Counted from the first letter of the stretch, positions 10,200 through 20,541 are shown. The stretch is DNA of 60,567 bases from an uncultured virus (IMG/VR IMGVR_UViG_3300043772_002095) (IMGVR_UViG_3300043772_002095); one strand, 5' to 3'. Program-made: numbers and translations. The notes: generated from the letters alone by a model not told the origin.

Positions 10200-10736
10200 A
10201 TGGAATATATCTTATTCGTTTTCGCGGCGCACGAGGAACAAGAAAAATTGGTAAAATCAATTGCAGAAGAGATATCGGCGGTCTCTGATTTATCGGATGT
10301 TAAATTTTATTTCGGTCCTGAATCGGCAATATATGTCTTTAAAAGTAGCGAATCATTTGACTCAGTTAAAGATTTTTTTAGGGTGATGTTAGGCCTCGGT
10401 AATGTTGTTTATTTTTTATCTGAATTAGATAAAGATAAAACTGATTATTATTTGACTGACGAAGTTAAAAAACATTTATTTGAATCTGAAGATTTTACAT
10501 ATAAAATGACCAATGAAGAAAAAGACGAAATTGACAATCTCTTATTAAGGGAGTTCAATGACGAGAAGTTTAAATTATTTTGTGAGGAATTGGAAGACGA
10601 AGATGATGATATTATGAAAATGAAGAAAAAAACAAAAGAACCCACACTAAATGATTTGTTAGATAAAATAAGCTCAGAAGGGATCAACTCATTAACCAAA
10701 AAAGAAAAAGAACTTTTAACCAAATACTCAAAATAA
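10200..10736 (+). CDS. Hypothetical protein with DUF6576-like C-terminus
   Basis: 'LNDLLDKISSEGINSLTKKEKELL' tail; host-type promoter at 10150-10181. Confidence 0.6.
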   Translation: MEYILFVFAAHEEQEKLVKSIAEEISAVSDLSDVKFYFGPESAIYVFKSSESFDSVKDFFRVMLGLGNVVYFLSELDKDKTDYYLTDEVKKHLFESEDFTYKMTNEEKDEIDNLLLREFNDEKFKLFCEELEDEDDDIMKMKKKTKEPTLNDLLDKISSEGINSLTKKEKELLTKYSK

Positions 10737-10737
10737 T

Positions 10738-11538
10738 ATGAAAGAGAAAAACACAGGAATGCCAATCAATCAAGAAGAAATTCAACATTACTTAAAAGAT
10801 ATTCGTAAAATAAAGGTAATGACACCTGAAAGAGAAAAGGAATTATCCAAAATGATGATGTCAAGTGAAATTACTGAAGAACAGAAAAGTAAAATAGAAC
10901 AAGAGTTATTAGTAGGTAATTTAAGGTTTGTTATCACCGTGGCTAAACAATACCAAAATCAAGGTTTAGATTTTCCAGACCTTATTGCTGAAGGTAACAT
11001 AGGCCTTTTAAAGGCGATAAAAAACTTTGATTGGTCTAAAAATTTAAGATTTATTTCTTACGCGGTTTGGTGGGTTAAACAATCAATATTACAATCATTG
11101 AACGACAACGCAAGAACCATTCGTTTACCGGTTAATGTTGTTCAGGATTTACACAGAGCTAAAAAAGAGATAGAACATACTGATGGTAGATTGGATGATA
11201 GATTTGCGGGATTACCATCAATAATTAATCTTGATGGAACAATTAATGAAGAGGGAGATACTTTATTTGATATTGTTAAAAATGATAATGCGGATATGCC
11301 CGATGAATCATTCAACACTAAAGACATATTAAAAACAAAATTGATGGGGTTGTTAGGATCTTTAGATGAAAGAGAAAGAGTTATTGTCGAAGATTACTTT
11401 GGGATATCAGGAACACCTAGAACATTGGAGGATATTGGAGAAGACTTTAATTTAACTAAAGAGAGGGTTAGACAAATTAAAGCGAAGGCACTTAGAAAAT
11501 TAAGAAACGAAAGTTCTGTTTTATTTGATTATATGTAA
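10738..11538 (+). CDS. RNA polymerase sigma70-family factor (RpoD/SigA-like, Bacteroidota type, no region 1.1)
   Basis: 'NLRFVITVAKQYQNQG', 'DLIAEGNIGL', 'FISYAVWWVKQSILQ', 'RTIRLP', HTH 'TLEDIG...LTKERVRQI'. Confidence 0.92.
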   Translation: MKEKNTGMPINQEEIQHYLKDIRKIKVMTPEREKELSKMMMSSEITEEQKSKIEQELLVGNLRFVITVAKQYQNQGLDFPDLIAEGNIGLLKAIKNFDWSKNLRFISYAVWWVKQSILQSLNDNARTIRLPVNVVQDLHRAKKEIEHTDGRLDDRFAGLPSIINLDGTINEEGDTLFDIVKNDNADMPDESFNTKDILKTKLMGLLGSLDERERVIVEDYFGISGTPRTLEDIGEDFNLTKERVRQIKAKALRKLRNESSVLFDYM

Positions 11539-11558
11539 AATATACTAACACAAAAAAT

Positions 11559-11600
11559 AAAAAACCTTCTATTTATTATGGTAGAAGGTTTTTTATTTTT
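11559..11600 (+). terminator. Intrinsic terminator-like hairpin (possibly bidirectional)
   Basis: AAAAAACCTTCTA (11559-11571) / TAGAAGGTTTTTT (11582-11594) inverted repeat after the sigma gene. Confidence 0.7.
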
Positions 11601-11612
11601 AAAAAAAAGAAT

Positions 11613-11924
11613 ATGAAAAAAATATTGTCATTTATAGATGTGTGGGGATTTAGAATAATTTTTCCGTTGAGTTTAATAGTTTTTTTAAAAACCTGTAATA
11701 CCAATTCTAAAATAGAATCTGTTGGTAAGAAGGTTGATAATACGATTAAAGAGTCAGACTCGATATATAATGTTATTGATAATTTAAAAAAAGAAATTAG
11801 AACTGAAATTAAAATTGAAGGTTTAAAATCTGAAAAAAGAATGATTCAGTCTACTGATAGAAAAATTTTAGATGTTAACCGACAATCTGAGATAGATAAA
11901 GAAATTGAAAATCTCCAAAAATGA
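11613..11924 (+). CDS. Hypothetical protein, N-terminal membrane anchor + coiled coil
   Basis: Hydrophobic N-terminus; first gene of the cluster that contains the amidase. Confidence 0.65.
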   Translation: MKKILSFIDVWGFRIIFPLSLIVFLKTCNTNSKIESVGKKVDNTIKESDSIYNVIDNLKKEIRTEIKIEGLKSEKRMIQSTDRKILDVNRQSEIDKEIENLQK

Positions 11925-12760
11925 AAAAAGTATGGGAATGGATTAAAAATAACCCCAATAGGGCTATGTTTATAATCCCTATTATTCTTGTTGCGATTAT
12001 ATCAATATCTCACGTAGTCTCTTGGTATGATATTATGAACCCTTATAATTGGGCGATATATCTGTCAATAGCGATAGAAATAGGTGCGATGACCGCTTTA
12101 GTCGCAGCAACCAATAAAATTAAAGGAGGTGTGTGGGTTATGTTTGGTTTGGTCACTTTCATACAAATGATAGGTAATATATTTTTCTCTTATAAAGAAA
12201 TAGATGCTACAGGAGATTTATTTAAATCCTGGATGGAGTTGACAGGGCCTCTTTGGGAAATGCTAGGTTCTGATATAAATGATGTTGTCGCGCACAAGAG
12301 GTGGTTAGCGTTTTTAGGTGGAGGTTTATTACCAATAATTTCATTAACATCCCTACATTTTTTTATAAAATATGAGAACCCTAATAATGAGTTAGAAAAT
12401 CTTTCCGAAAACAAAGAAAAGATTATAGTTCCTAATAAAATAAAAAAAGAATTTATCCCTAACGAAAAGGAGTTTATTAATAATGATTTATCTGAAGTCG
12501 AAATCGATAACAATAATCAAAATATTGAAAATAATGTAATTTTCTCAGATTCTATATTAGAGACATACAATGAAATAAAAACAATTGAAAAAAATGAAAT
12601 AAAGATAGATACGAAAGTTAATAATAATCCAATAGTAAGTGACGAACAAATAAATTTTAACGAAACTCAGATAAAAGAAGTTGGTGATATTCTTAATGAT
12701 GAAATTACAACAAAAACAATAGATAATAAAAGAGTTTTAACTTACACTAAAGACCAATAA
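11921..12760 (+). CDS. Multi-pass membrane protein
   Basis: About four hydrophobic segments followed by a low-complexity N/E/I tail. Confidence 0.7.
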   Translation: MKKVWEWIKNNPNRAMFIIPIILVAIISISHVVSWYDIMNPYNWAIYLSIAIEIGAMTALVAATNKIKGGVWVMFGLVTFIQMIGNIFFSYKEIDATGDLFKSWMELTGPLWEMLGSDINDVVAHKRWLAFLGGGLLPIISLTSLHFFIKYENPNNELENLSENKEKIIVPNKIKKEFIPNEKEFINNDLSEVEIDNNNQNIENNVIFSDSILETYNEIKTIEKNEIKIDTKVNNNPIVSDEQINFNETQIKEVGDILNDEITTKTIDNKRVLTYTKDQ

Positions 12761-12779
12761 ATTCCTTAATTATTTTTTT

Positions 12780-13373
12780 ATGGAAATTTTAAAATATGGG
12801 AATTTTAAACCTTTAGGTAAACAGAAGAAAAAACATCAAATAATTTTATGTCACTCATCAAGACCTATTGAAGAATATTTAAATTCTTTAAAGTTTAGAT
12901 TTAATAGTAAATTTAATAGAATACCAAATTATGTAATATCTAGACGAGGAGAAATCTTTAATCTACTTAAAGATATTGAGCACACTAATTTTTTTACTGA
13001 AGAAAAAATAAATAGGAATTCTATTATAGTTGTGCTTGAAAATTTGGGGTGGGTTCAAAAAGAACCACTAAAAGATTATTATGTTAACTGGAATGGTGAT
13101 ATTTATAATGGAGAGGTTTATGATAAAAAATGGAGAGATTATTTTTATTGGCAACCGTACACAACATCACAAATAAACTCAACGGTATTTTTGTGTGATA
13201 AATTGTTTAAGGAGATGTTAATTAAAAAAGAAGTTATAGGTCATAACACTAAAATAAATGGTATTGAAAAATTTCAAGGTGTGACAACAAGAAGTAATTA
13301 TGATTCTAATTTCACAGATTTAAGTCCGGCCTTTAATTTTGAAGAATTTATAAAAAAAATAGAAAATGAATAA
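12780..13373 (+). CDS. N-acetylmuramoyl-L-alanine amidase (Amidase_2-like), putative endolysin
   Basis: 'IILCHSS', 'PNYVISRRGEI', 'NSIIVVLEN', 'YTTSQ', 'TDLSPAF' pattern. Confidence 0.7.
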   Translation: MEILKYGNFKPLGKQKKKHQIILCHSSRPIEEYLNSLKFRFNSKFNRIPNYVISRRGEIFNLLKDIEHTNFFTEEKINRNSIIVVLENLGWVQKEPLKDYYVNWNGDIYNGEVYDKKWRDYFYWQPYTTSQINSTVFLCDKLFKEMLIKKEVIGHNTKINGIEKFQGVTTRSNYDSNFTDLSPAFNFEEFIKKIENE

Positions 13374-13989
13374 TACTCACGATGAAATTAAAAAGTTATT
13401 GAAGGCTTCAAGAACTATGCTTTCAAGTAAAAATTCTGTTAAAGAATCTTATGATATTAAGAAAAAATATAATTTAATTACTGAAGATAATGATATCAAA
13501 GATGATGGGGTTGATTTAGCTGAACCTGACGTATTAAACAGAATAAACACTGCTAAAGCGGTTGAAGATGAAATCGAAGACGATACTAAAACCGCTGAAG
13601 ATAAAAAACAAGGATATAGAATATCTGGAGGTATTTTAGTTTTACACGGAAAAGAACAAACAGATTTAGAACTAACTACCGATGAAAAAATTGCGTTCCA
13701 AGAGACTATGGACGAATTTGTAAATGAAGTTTCTGATTTGGCGGAATTCAATAAATTAAATGTTTATAACAATAATGTTGAATGGTCAGGTAAAATAATT
13801 GACTTTGATGTTGATTTTATAATTTCTATCGGTGAGGAAAATGGTTTATATTTAAATGGAGATATGATAAAGATTGATGATAAATTATTAGAGTTGATTG
13901 GTAAACTTAAATCTTATTTTGAAAAATTTAAATCTAAATGGGCTAAAATTATTTCCTCAAGAAAGAAAACCGCGAAAATAGAAAAATAA
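13366..13989 (+). CDS. Hypothetical protein
   Basis: 207-aa ORF overlapping its neighbours. Confidence 0.7.
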   Translation: MNNTHDEIKKLLKASRTMLSSKNSVKESYDIKKKYNLITEDNDIKDDGVDLAEPDVLNRINTAKAVEDEIEDDTKTAEDKKQGYRISGGILVLHGKEQTDLELTTDEKIAFQETMDEFVNEVSDLAEFNKLNVYNNNVEWSGKIIDFDVDFIISIGEENGLYLNGDMIKIDDKLLELIGKLKSYFEKFKSKWAKIISSRKKTAKIEK

Positions 13990-14618
13990 TGAAATTTCTA
14001 AATAAAATAGATTTTAAATTTTTAGTAATAGTAATATTGGTTTTAATTATTCTATTTCTGAGAATGTGTGATAATGATTTAATAGAAAAACCAAAAGACA
14101 CAATAAAAATCGATGGTAAAGAACACATTATTTTAAAACATACTAGAGACACTATTTACGAGCCTGTTATAGAAACGATTTACAAAAAAGGTGAAACAAT
14201 TTATAAAGACTCAATAATATATGTGGAAACTCCTAAAATAGTGGATACCGCTTTAATTATGAAAGATTACTACTCAATAAGAATCTATAAAGACACTTTA
14301 AAACTTAAAGATAGTTTAGGATTTATCACAATAACAGATAGTATCTCAAAAAATAAAATTAAAGGTAGGACTTTTTTATCTAATGTTAATAAAATTAAAA
14401 TATTTGACACTATAGTTGTTGAACCAATAAAACAAATTGAATTTTATATGGGTGGGACTATGGGAGTTGATAAAATTAACTTAGTTAATTTCATAGGACC
14501 AACTATAAATATTAAAACAAAAAAAGATAATGTTTATGGAGTATCGTTGGGACTTAATAATTCCAAATCAATAACAATACAGGGGTCAATACTATGTAAA
14601 ATAAAGTTTAAAAAATGA
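13989..14618 (+). CDS. Membrane-anchored hypothetical protein (DTIY repeats)
   Basis: N-terminal TM segment; RDTIY/ETIY/DSIIY repeats. Confidence 0.65.
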   Translation: MKFLNKIDFKFLVIVILVLIILFLRMCDNDLIEKPKDTIKIDGKEHIILKHTRDTIYEPVIETIYKKGETIYKDSIIYVETPKIVDTALIMKDYYSIRIYKDTLKLKDSLGFITITDSISKNKIKGRTFLSNVNKIKIFDTIVVEPIKQIEFYMGGTMGVDKINLVNFIGPTINIKTKKDNVYGVSLGLNNSKSITIQGSILCKIKFKK

Positions 14619-15271
14619 AAATATTCTTTTTATTTCTATTATTAAGTTTTTTAGGTTTCGGTCAAATAACCTTCAATGAACCCAAAACACAAATTAAGAA
14701 CGAAGTTTTAAATTTGTATTTAGATTATGACAATAATTCATTTATTAGTAAACAAGAATTAAAATTCGCAGATTTTTTAAAATTAGATTCAGAACGTGAT
14801 GATAATTGGTATTCGGAGTTTAAGGGAATATATACAAAAAAACCTTATGAATACTCAGGATATGATTTAGGTCATCTAACTCCATCACATATCACTTCTT
14901 ACGATAATAAGGTTAATCATCATTCGTTCAGTTTTTATAATCAAGCGCCCCAATTGGCGGGATTTAATCGAGGTAAATGGGCTAGATTAGAAAGATCGGT
15001 AGAGGATTCTATTTCTAAATACAAATCTGATGTAACAATTATTACAGGGGTTATTTATGATAATAATAAAAAATTATTTTTGGGTAAAAGTAAAATTAAA
15101 ATACCAATCTCTTTTTACAAAATAATTTTTATAAAAAATAAAAAAATAAGTTATGTTTGGATTGGGTCGAATATTAATGGGGAAATTATTAATGTTTCTA
15201 TTAAAGAATTAAACGAAATATTAAAACTTAATAAAAATGAATTAATTTTTAATTTAAAAAATGAAAAATAA
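14615..15271 (+). CDS. DNA/RNA non-specific endonuclease with signal peptide
   Basis: 'SGYDLGHL', 'NQAPQ...FNRGKW..LE', 'IITG', 'IP..FYKI' (NucA/EndoG family). Confidence 0.88.
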   Translation: MKIFFLFLLLSFLGFGQITFNEPKTQIKNEVLNLYLDYDNNSFISKQELKFADFLKLDSERDDNWYSEFKGIYTKKPYEYSGYDLGHLTPSHITSYDNKVNHHSFSFYNQAPQLAGFNRGKWARLERSVEDSISKYKSDVTIITGVIYDNNKKLFLGKSKIKIPISFYKIIFIKNKKISYVWIGSNINGEIINVSIKELNEILKLNKNELIFNLKNEK

Positions 15272-16517
15272 AAAAGAAACTAAAGAAGATATGATGACCG
15301 ATTTAAAAGGCCAAATACTTAATAATATTGGTAAAACTGAATTACCTCCAGATCCTGGTGTTGAATTATTAAATGCAACAAGTGATATGGTTAAAGGACT
15401 ATCTGAAGAAGAAAAAATGATTAAAAATAAAAAAATGAAGTTACCTATTGGAAAATTATTTTCCGCGAACAAATTAGAATCTAAAGAATCTATGGGTGCG
15501 GTAAGTGCTGGTGGTTATAGTGAACCTTTATTTTCAGAAACTAAGAAAGAAATGGAAGAAAAGTGGTCTAAAAAATATAAGGATAGTATTGATTGTAATA
15601 ACCCAAAAGGTTTTTCACAAAGAGCCCATTGTCAAGGGAAGAAAAAAAATGTTTCTGAGGAAAAATTAAAGGGAGGTAAATCTGATGAAATGACTCTTAA
15701 AGATATTGCAAAAAAACACGATAAAAAGGGTTATTATCATATTAACAATATGATTGATACCCTTAAAAAAGAACTTAATAAAGGAATTAAAGTTGAGATG
15801 GAACATACCGATAACAAGCAAAATGCTAAAGAAATTGCTATGGATCATTTATACGAAGACCCGAACTATTATACTAAATTGAAAAAAATTGAGACTAAAG
15901 AAGTAACATCGTCCTCTTCAGTCGGAATGTATGATGCTCCCGGATTTGAAGACGTTCAAATGAGAGGAAACCACCCAAAGGGATCTGGTAAAACACATAA
16001 AAAAACTTTATTACCGGGAGGGAAATTTGTATCTGAAAATACAAAAAAAGATATGAATGATATGACGGAAGATGAAATATATAATTTAAGGGATAGTGAA
16101 TATTTAAAACTTATTGATGTCATAGAAAGCGTAAATAAATTAACCCAAGTTAAAACTATGATTAATTTTTGGGAATTATTTCAGAAAAAATTTGATGGGT
16201 ACATATCAAAAAAATTAAAAGAAAAGATTGAAAATAAAATAAAAGACAAACAAAAAGAATTAAATAGAGGTAAAGAAGAGGTTGAAGAGAATGTTAAGAA
16301 TAGAAAACAAATACCGGGAGGAAAGTTTGTTAAAGTGAAGGAAAAGTGTAAAAAATTCCCTTATTGTAATCAAGGAGATATAAAGGCTCTTAAAATTTTT
16401 GAAAATGAAAAACTTAAAGAAGTCATTTCAAAGATAAGTAAAGAAAAACAAATTAGTGAAAATTTAATAAAGAAAATCCTAATCTCAAAAATAAATAAAA
16501 CCATTTATAAAAAATAA
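15261..16517 (+). CDS. Mosaic hypothetical protein with DUF5661-like module
   Basis: 'GIKVEMEHTD...AKEIAMDHLYEDPNYYTKL' module; duplicated PGGKFV motif. Confidence 0.6.
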   Translation: MKNKKETKEDMMTDLKGQILNNIGKTELPPDPGVELLNATSDMVKGLSEEEKMIKNKKMKLPIGKLFSANKLESKESMGAVSAGGYSEPLFSETKKEMEEKWSKKYKDSIDCNNPKGFSQRAHCQGKKKNVSEEKLKGGKSDEMTLKDIAKKHDKKGYYHINNMIDTLKKELNKGIKVEMEHTDNKQNAKEIAMDHLYEDPNYYTKLKKIETKEVTSSSSVGMYDAPGFEDVQMRGNHPKGSGKTHKKTLLPGGKFVSENTKKDMNDMTEDEIYNLRDSEYLKLIDVIESVNKLTQVKTMINFWELFQKKFDGYISKKLKEKIENKIKDKQKELNRGKEEVEENVKNRKQIPGGKFVKVKEKCKKFPYCNQGDIKALKIFENEKLKEVISKISKEKQISENLIKKILISKINKTIYKK

Positions 16518-16542
16518 GATATTTATAATAAAAAATACTGAT

Positions 16543-18207
16543 ATGAAAAAATTAAGTAACAAATCAATTGATAAATTAACATCAAAAATCCTTAAAGAAA
16601 CTCTTGAAGAAAAGGCGGATAATTTAGTATCTAAAATTCAAAATCTACAAGAATTAGGCGGTATGGAAGATGAACACGATATTTTTGGCGAAATGACGCC
16701 AGAGCAATTAGATTTTATCGGAAAATTAAATGATGATGAATTAAGAACTTTTTTAGCTCAAAAAAGAAAAGGTGATGAAGAATCCGATGATGAATTTGAA
16801 CTTGAATATGGTGATACTGAAGGAGATTCTGATGAGTTTTCGGGATATAGAGGGGATGAAGATTATGAAGAAGAGGATGAGTATGAGGAAAAACTGGAAG
16901 AAGGTTTTGACGATGAATCAATGAAAGATTTTAGAATGGGTAAAGATTATGATAGTAGAGAATTTAAACGTAACATACCATTAGGTAAAGTAGATTACAG
17001 CGATATTACCCATAAAAGATCAGGAATTACACCTGAAAAATATGTTGGTGACGAAATGATGGACGCACTTCTTAAAGCGTTAAAAAGAAAAAATAAAGAA
17101 GAGGAGCAAGGGGATGATTTACAAGATGAGTTTACTGAAGGTGAAGGTGAAACTTGTGAAATGTGTGGAGCTAAAGGAATAATGGAAAGTGAATGCACTG
17201 AGTGTGGTTATAAAATGAATGAAAATCTTTATGAAATTGAGGTCGATGATATAGAAAATGAATTTGATTATGTAGAAGGACATAAAGGACATTCATTTAA
17301 AGATGAATCCGCGCAAAGAGATATGTGCGAAAAATTATCTCCAGAGGAACTTAACGATAGACCATCTTGCTCAAGTTATGCTAATCGTAAAAAGTTTGGT
17401 GAGATGACAGAAAAACTGCATGGAGGTCAAAGAAAACTTGATAGAAACAAAAATAATAAAATAGACTCAGAAGATTTTAAAATGTTAAGATCTATGAGAC
17501 ATAAAAAAACTGAAACTAAAGAAGGTAAAAAATACGTTAAAGAATCCATTCAATTAACTGAAGAAGAAATTATAGATTTAATTGAGAATATTGTTTTAGA
17601 AGATAAGAAATTAAAATCAATGGGTAAAGTTAAAGGTCTTGAAGTCTATAATAAAGCCCATAAAGGGTCTGGAAAAGAAAATGAAGACTATATTAAATCC
17701 GTGTCTAAAAAAATGAAAGATTATTTAAAAGACGGATCTAAAGGGGATTTTCAAGAAAATCCAAAACAATTCCCAAAAGGAAATGGTCAATTAGCGAAAA
17801 TGAATTCTAAAAAATACAATATGTCTAATGACGGAAAAGAATTTATTGATACCTATATGAGACCCGGTATGGAAAATTTAAGTTATGATGAAATCCAACC
17901 CGAAGAAGAATGGATGAAGGACACCATTGAAGGTTCATCTAAAACCGGAAATAACCCTAAATGGGCAAACGCCGAAGAAACTGAAGTTAATGAAAAAATT
18001 AATAAAAAACGTAAAGAAAATAAATTGGCTAAAATTAAACAAGCCGCTTATAGAAAATCAAAACAACCAATTACAGATGGTGCTGGGGATAGTTCAGGAA
18101 AAGGATTGGATATTAAAGTTGAATCTATAACAAAACAAGAAAAGATTTTAAACGAAGAGTTTGAAAGAATGAAAGGATTAATTTCATACGACAGAAAGAC
18201 TCAATAA
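16543..18207 (+). CDS. Highly charged protein, putative prohead core/internal protein
   Basis: Very acidic N-half, many (L/I)xE motifs; ATATTTAT upstream at 16519-16526. Confidence 0.5.
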   Translation: MKKLSNKSIDKLTSKILKETLEEKADNLVSKIQNLQELGGMEDEHDIFGEMTPEQLDFIGKLNDDELRTFLAQKRKGDEESDDEFELEYGDTEGDSDEFSGYRGDEDYEEEDEYEEKLEEGFDDESMKDFRMGKDYDSREFKRNIPLGKVDYSDITHKRSGITPEKYVGDEMMDALLKALKRKNKEEEQGDDLQDEFTEGEGETCEMCGAKGIMESECTECGYKMNENLYEIEVDDIENEFDYVEGHKGHSFKDESAQRDMCEKLSPEELNDRPSCSSYANRKKFGEMTEKLHGGQRKLDRNKNNKIDSEDFKMLRSMRHKKTETKEGKKYVKESIQLTEEEIIDLIENIVLEDKKLKSMGKVKGLEVYNKAHKGSGKENEDYIKSVSKKMKDYLKDGSKGDFQENPKQFPKGNGQLAKMNSKKYNMSNDGKEFIDTYMRPGMENLSYDEIQPEEEWMKDTIEGSSKTGNNPKWANAEETEVNEKINKKRKENKLAKIKQAAYRKSKQPITDGAGDSSGKGLDIKVESITKQEKILNEEFERMKGLISYDRKTQ

Positions 18208-18255
18208 TATACATTTCTAAAAACTACTTTATATTTTCTCCATAAGACAACTCTT

Positions 18256-18726
18256 ATGGAGAATTTTTTTAATTACGTAACAAAACCATTAAATCCTGAT
18301 GATGTTGATGTTTGGTTTAGGGTAAATAACATCATACCTGAAAAATTAGAACTTTTTTCAGATTTTTCGCATTCTTTAAATATAACAATTGTTGACACTT
18401 ATTTAGGTGAGGAGTTAAAATCGAATGAGACTAAAATATCATTGTCCGATGAAGATAATGAAAAACATTTTGATTGGTGTTGGGACAAAGTTTTAGATAA
18501 TTTTAAGAAGGAGAAAATAAAGTTCACAAGAAAAGGTGATCACTATGAGTACTTCAAAACATTTTTTAATGATGTTTTTTACAAACAAAAAGATGATTTA
18601 ATTAAAAAATCTGTAGGGAACTTTTTTAATGATTTATTTGACTTAAACAAACCTTTTACTAAATCTGATCTTGATATGATACTAGCGATTTATAAATGTT
18701 TGGATAAAAATATGGGTAAATATTGA
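18256..18726 (+). CDS. Hypothetical protein
   Basis: 156-aa ORF. Confidence 0.7.
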   Translation: MENFFNYVTKPLNPDDVDVWFRVNNIIPEKLELFSDFSHSLNITIVDTYLGEELKSNETKISLSDEDNEKHFDWCWDKVLDNFKKEKIKFTRKGDHYEYFKTFFNDVFYKQKDDLIKKSVGNFFNDLFDLNKPFTKSDLDMILAIYKCLDKNMGKY

Positions 18727-18784
18727 CATTAAAAAAAATAGATGTTATATTATTAATACATAAATAAACTAAGATTAATTTAAA

Positions 18785-18961
18785 ATGGAAACACTAGAAA
18801 AAATCAAAACCTTAACAGAAGAATTATCTGTTGATGCTACAAAATTTTTTAATGGTAATAAAAGTGCTGGAACTAGAGCAAGAAAAACTTGCCAAGATTT
18901 AAAAGACTTATTACAAGGACTTAGAAAAGAAATTTTGGAACATAGAAAAACCGAAAAATAA
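18785..18961 (+). CDS. Histone H1-like protein Hc1 family (not in ORF track)
   Basis: 58 aa METLEKIKTLTEELSVDATKFFNGNKSAGTRARKTCQDLK...; GNKxAGTRARK is the Hc1 hallmark. TTGACA-17-TATATT upstream at 18723-18751. Confidence 0.8.
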   Translation: METLEKIKTLTEELSVDATKFFNGNKSAGTRARKTCQDLKDLLQGLRKEILEHRKTEK

Positions 18962-19150
18962 ATGATAAATTATAACGTAATATTTTTATTCGTATTTATA
19001 TTCTCAACGTTGATTATTTTGAGAACGGTTTTTAAATTTATTAGTTCCTTATTACTAAATCCGCCACAAAAAATGGTTATTAGTAGTAAGGAACTACTTT
19101 TAATAGGATTATCAACATCCTATTTTTTAACATATATTTTATCAAATTAA
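18962..19150 (+). CDS. Small two-TM membrane protein
   Basis: 62 aa with two hydrophobic segments. Confidence 0.65.
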   Translation: MINYNVIFLFVFIFSTLIILRTVFKFISSLLLNPPQKMVISSKELLLIGLSTSYFLTYILSN

Positions 19151-19151
19151 A

Positions 19152-19580
19152 ATGAGCTTATATAAAGAGTTTTCCGCATTGTTACCTTATTTACAATCGG
19201 TTAGAAAAATAAAAACACACTTGAGTTTCGATGTTAATTTTCCAAAAAATTGGAAATTACCAAAAAAGTTTGTCCAAGAGGATAAAGTAATGGAACATCA
19301 ATCACAAAATCCTGATGAAAGATTGATTTCTTTTGTTTCAGAAATAACTGAAATTGAAGTTGAATTAACTTCTAAAAATATTAAAAATGTCATTAGTTAT
19401 AACTTGGAAAGAGAACAAAAAGAAAGACTATTTAACGAAAAAGTTGAAGAACTTAAAGGTTTATTTGAAAAACAAACATTAAAAAATTTACAGAGTTTAA
19501 AATTCGATGTTAAAGTTAAAAAAATTGAACTAGAAGATGGAGAAGAAGAACTTAGAACCACAGGAGTGGTTGAAAAATGA
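19152..19580 (+). CDS. Hypothetical protein
   Basis: 142-aa ORF in operon. Confidence 0.7.
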   Translation: MSLYKEFSALLPYLQSVRKIKTHLSFDVNFPKNWKLPKKFVQEDKVMEHQSQNPDERLISFVSEITEIEVELTSKNIKNVISYNLEREQKERLFNEKVEELKGLFEKQTLKNLQSLKFDVKVKKIELEDGEEELRTTGVVEK

Positions 19581-19725
19581 GATTAATAAAGATGAAAGTT
19601 GGGTTTCAAAAGAAAAACAAAATTTCATTAATGAAATAAAAAAATATAAAAAAGAGGATATTCTACCTGAAAAACCTAAAAAATTAACTTTATGGCAAAG
19701 ACTAAAAAAAGTGTTAGCATCTTAG
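19537..19725 (+). CDS. Small hypothetical protein
   Basis: 62-aa ORF overlapping both neighbours. Confidence 0.55.
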   Translation: MEKKNLEPQEWLKNEINKDESWVSKEKQNFINEIKKYKKEDILPEKPKKLTLWQRLKKVLAS

Positions 19726-19943
19726 TAGAACAATTGGCCTTATTATCCGACCAAGCAGATAAACTTTATACTAAGGGTAAAAAAATGATAGTCTTCGAAT
19801 TAAGTAAAAATGATTTTCAAGATGCTAAATTGCAATTTGAAAATTATGATCCCAACGTAAAAAGATTTAATGTTGACATATCTGGTGTCGAAATAATCTT
19901 CATTGAAGATGAGTTGTTGACAACCTCTGAAGGTAAGTCTTAG
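19692..19943 (+). CDS. Hypothetical protein
   Basis: 83-aa ORF. Confidence 0.6.
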   Translation: MAKTKKSVSILVEQLALLSDQADKLYTKGKKMIVFELSKNDFQDAKLQFENYDPNVKRFNVDISGVEIIFIEDELLTTSEGKS

Positions 19944-20541
19944 AAAACCCTTTCTCAACCAAAATTTCATATAAATACTTTCTTTGATTTGTATTATAAT
20001 CTTTAACAATTAAAAAATCCGTTCTACCTAAAGACATTGAGTGATTATATAAAACATCTGCGAATCTATCACAATCAAAAACATTTTTTAAAGTATACAA
20101 TCTGTAATCGTCATCCACTTGAACAACAATTTTATTATTCAATTTTGAGATTAATTTATAACCATTAATTGAACTTAATTTTTTAAAAAAAGAATCGAAT
20201 GATAATTTCTTTTTTGTTTTATAATCCATTATAAATTCTTCAATTTTGTAATTTTCAATCCTTGTTATTGTAAAATCATTATCATCAAACTCAACTTTTA
20301 TCTGTCTACCAAAATCGTCTTTATAATATAATTTATCTAAAATAACTTTTTTAGGTTCTAATATACACAAATTATAGGTAACCTCACAACCATTTTCGTA
20401 TCTCCTTTCAAATTTAATCGAATTAGATTTATCCATAAGATTTTTAAAAAAATCATTACATTTCTTATCCGTTTTAAACTTATTTATTATTTTCTTTTTT
20501 ATTTTATTTTTAAATAAAACTACACTATAATTTTGTGTCAT
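19900..20541 (-). CDS. Hypothetical protein (start revised to MTQNY)
   Basis: The track start at 20673 overlaps the divergent DnaJ gene; ATG at 20541 removes the overlap. Confidence 0.65.
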   Translation of the reverse strand: MTQNYSVVLFKNKIKKKIINKFKTDKKCNDFFKNLMDKSNSIKFERRYENGCEVTYNLCILEPKKVILDKLYYKDDFGRQIKVEFDDNDFTITRIENYKIEEFIMDYKTKKKLSFDSFFKKLSSINGYKLISKLNNKIVVQVDDDYRLYTLKNVFDCDRFADVLYNHSMSLGRTDFLIVKDYNTNQRKYLYEILVEKGFSKTYLQRLSTTHLQ

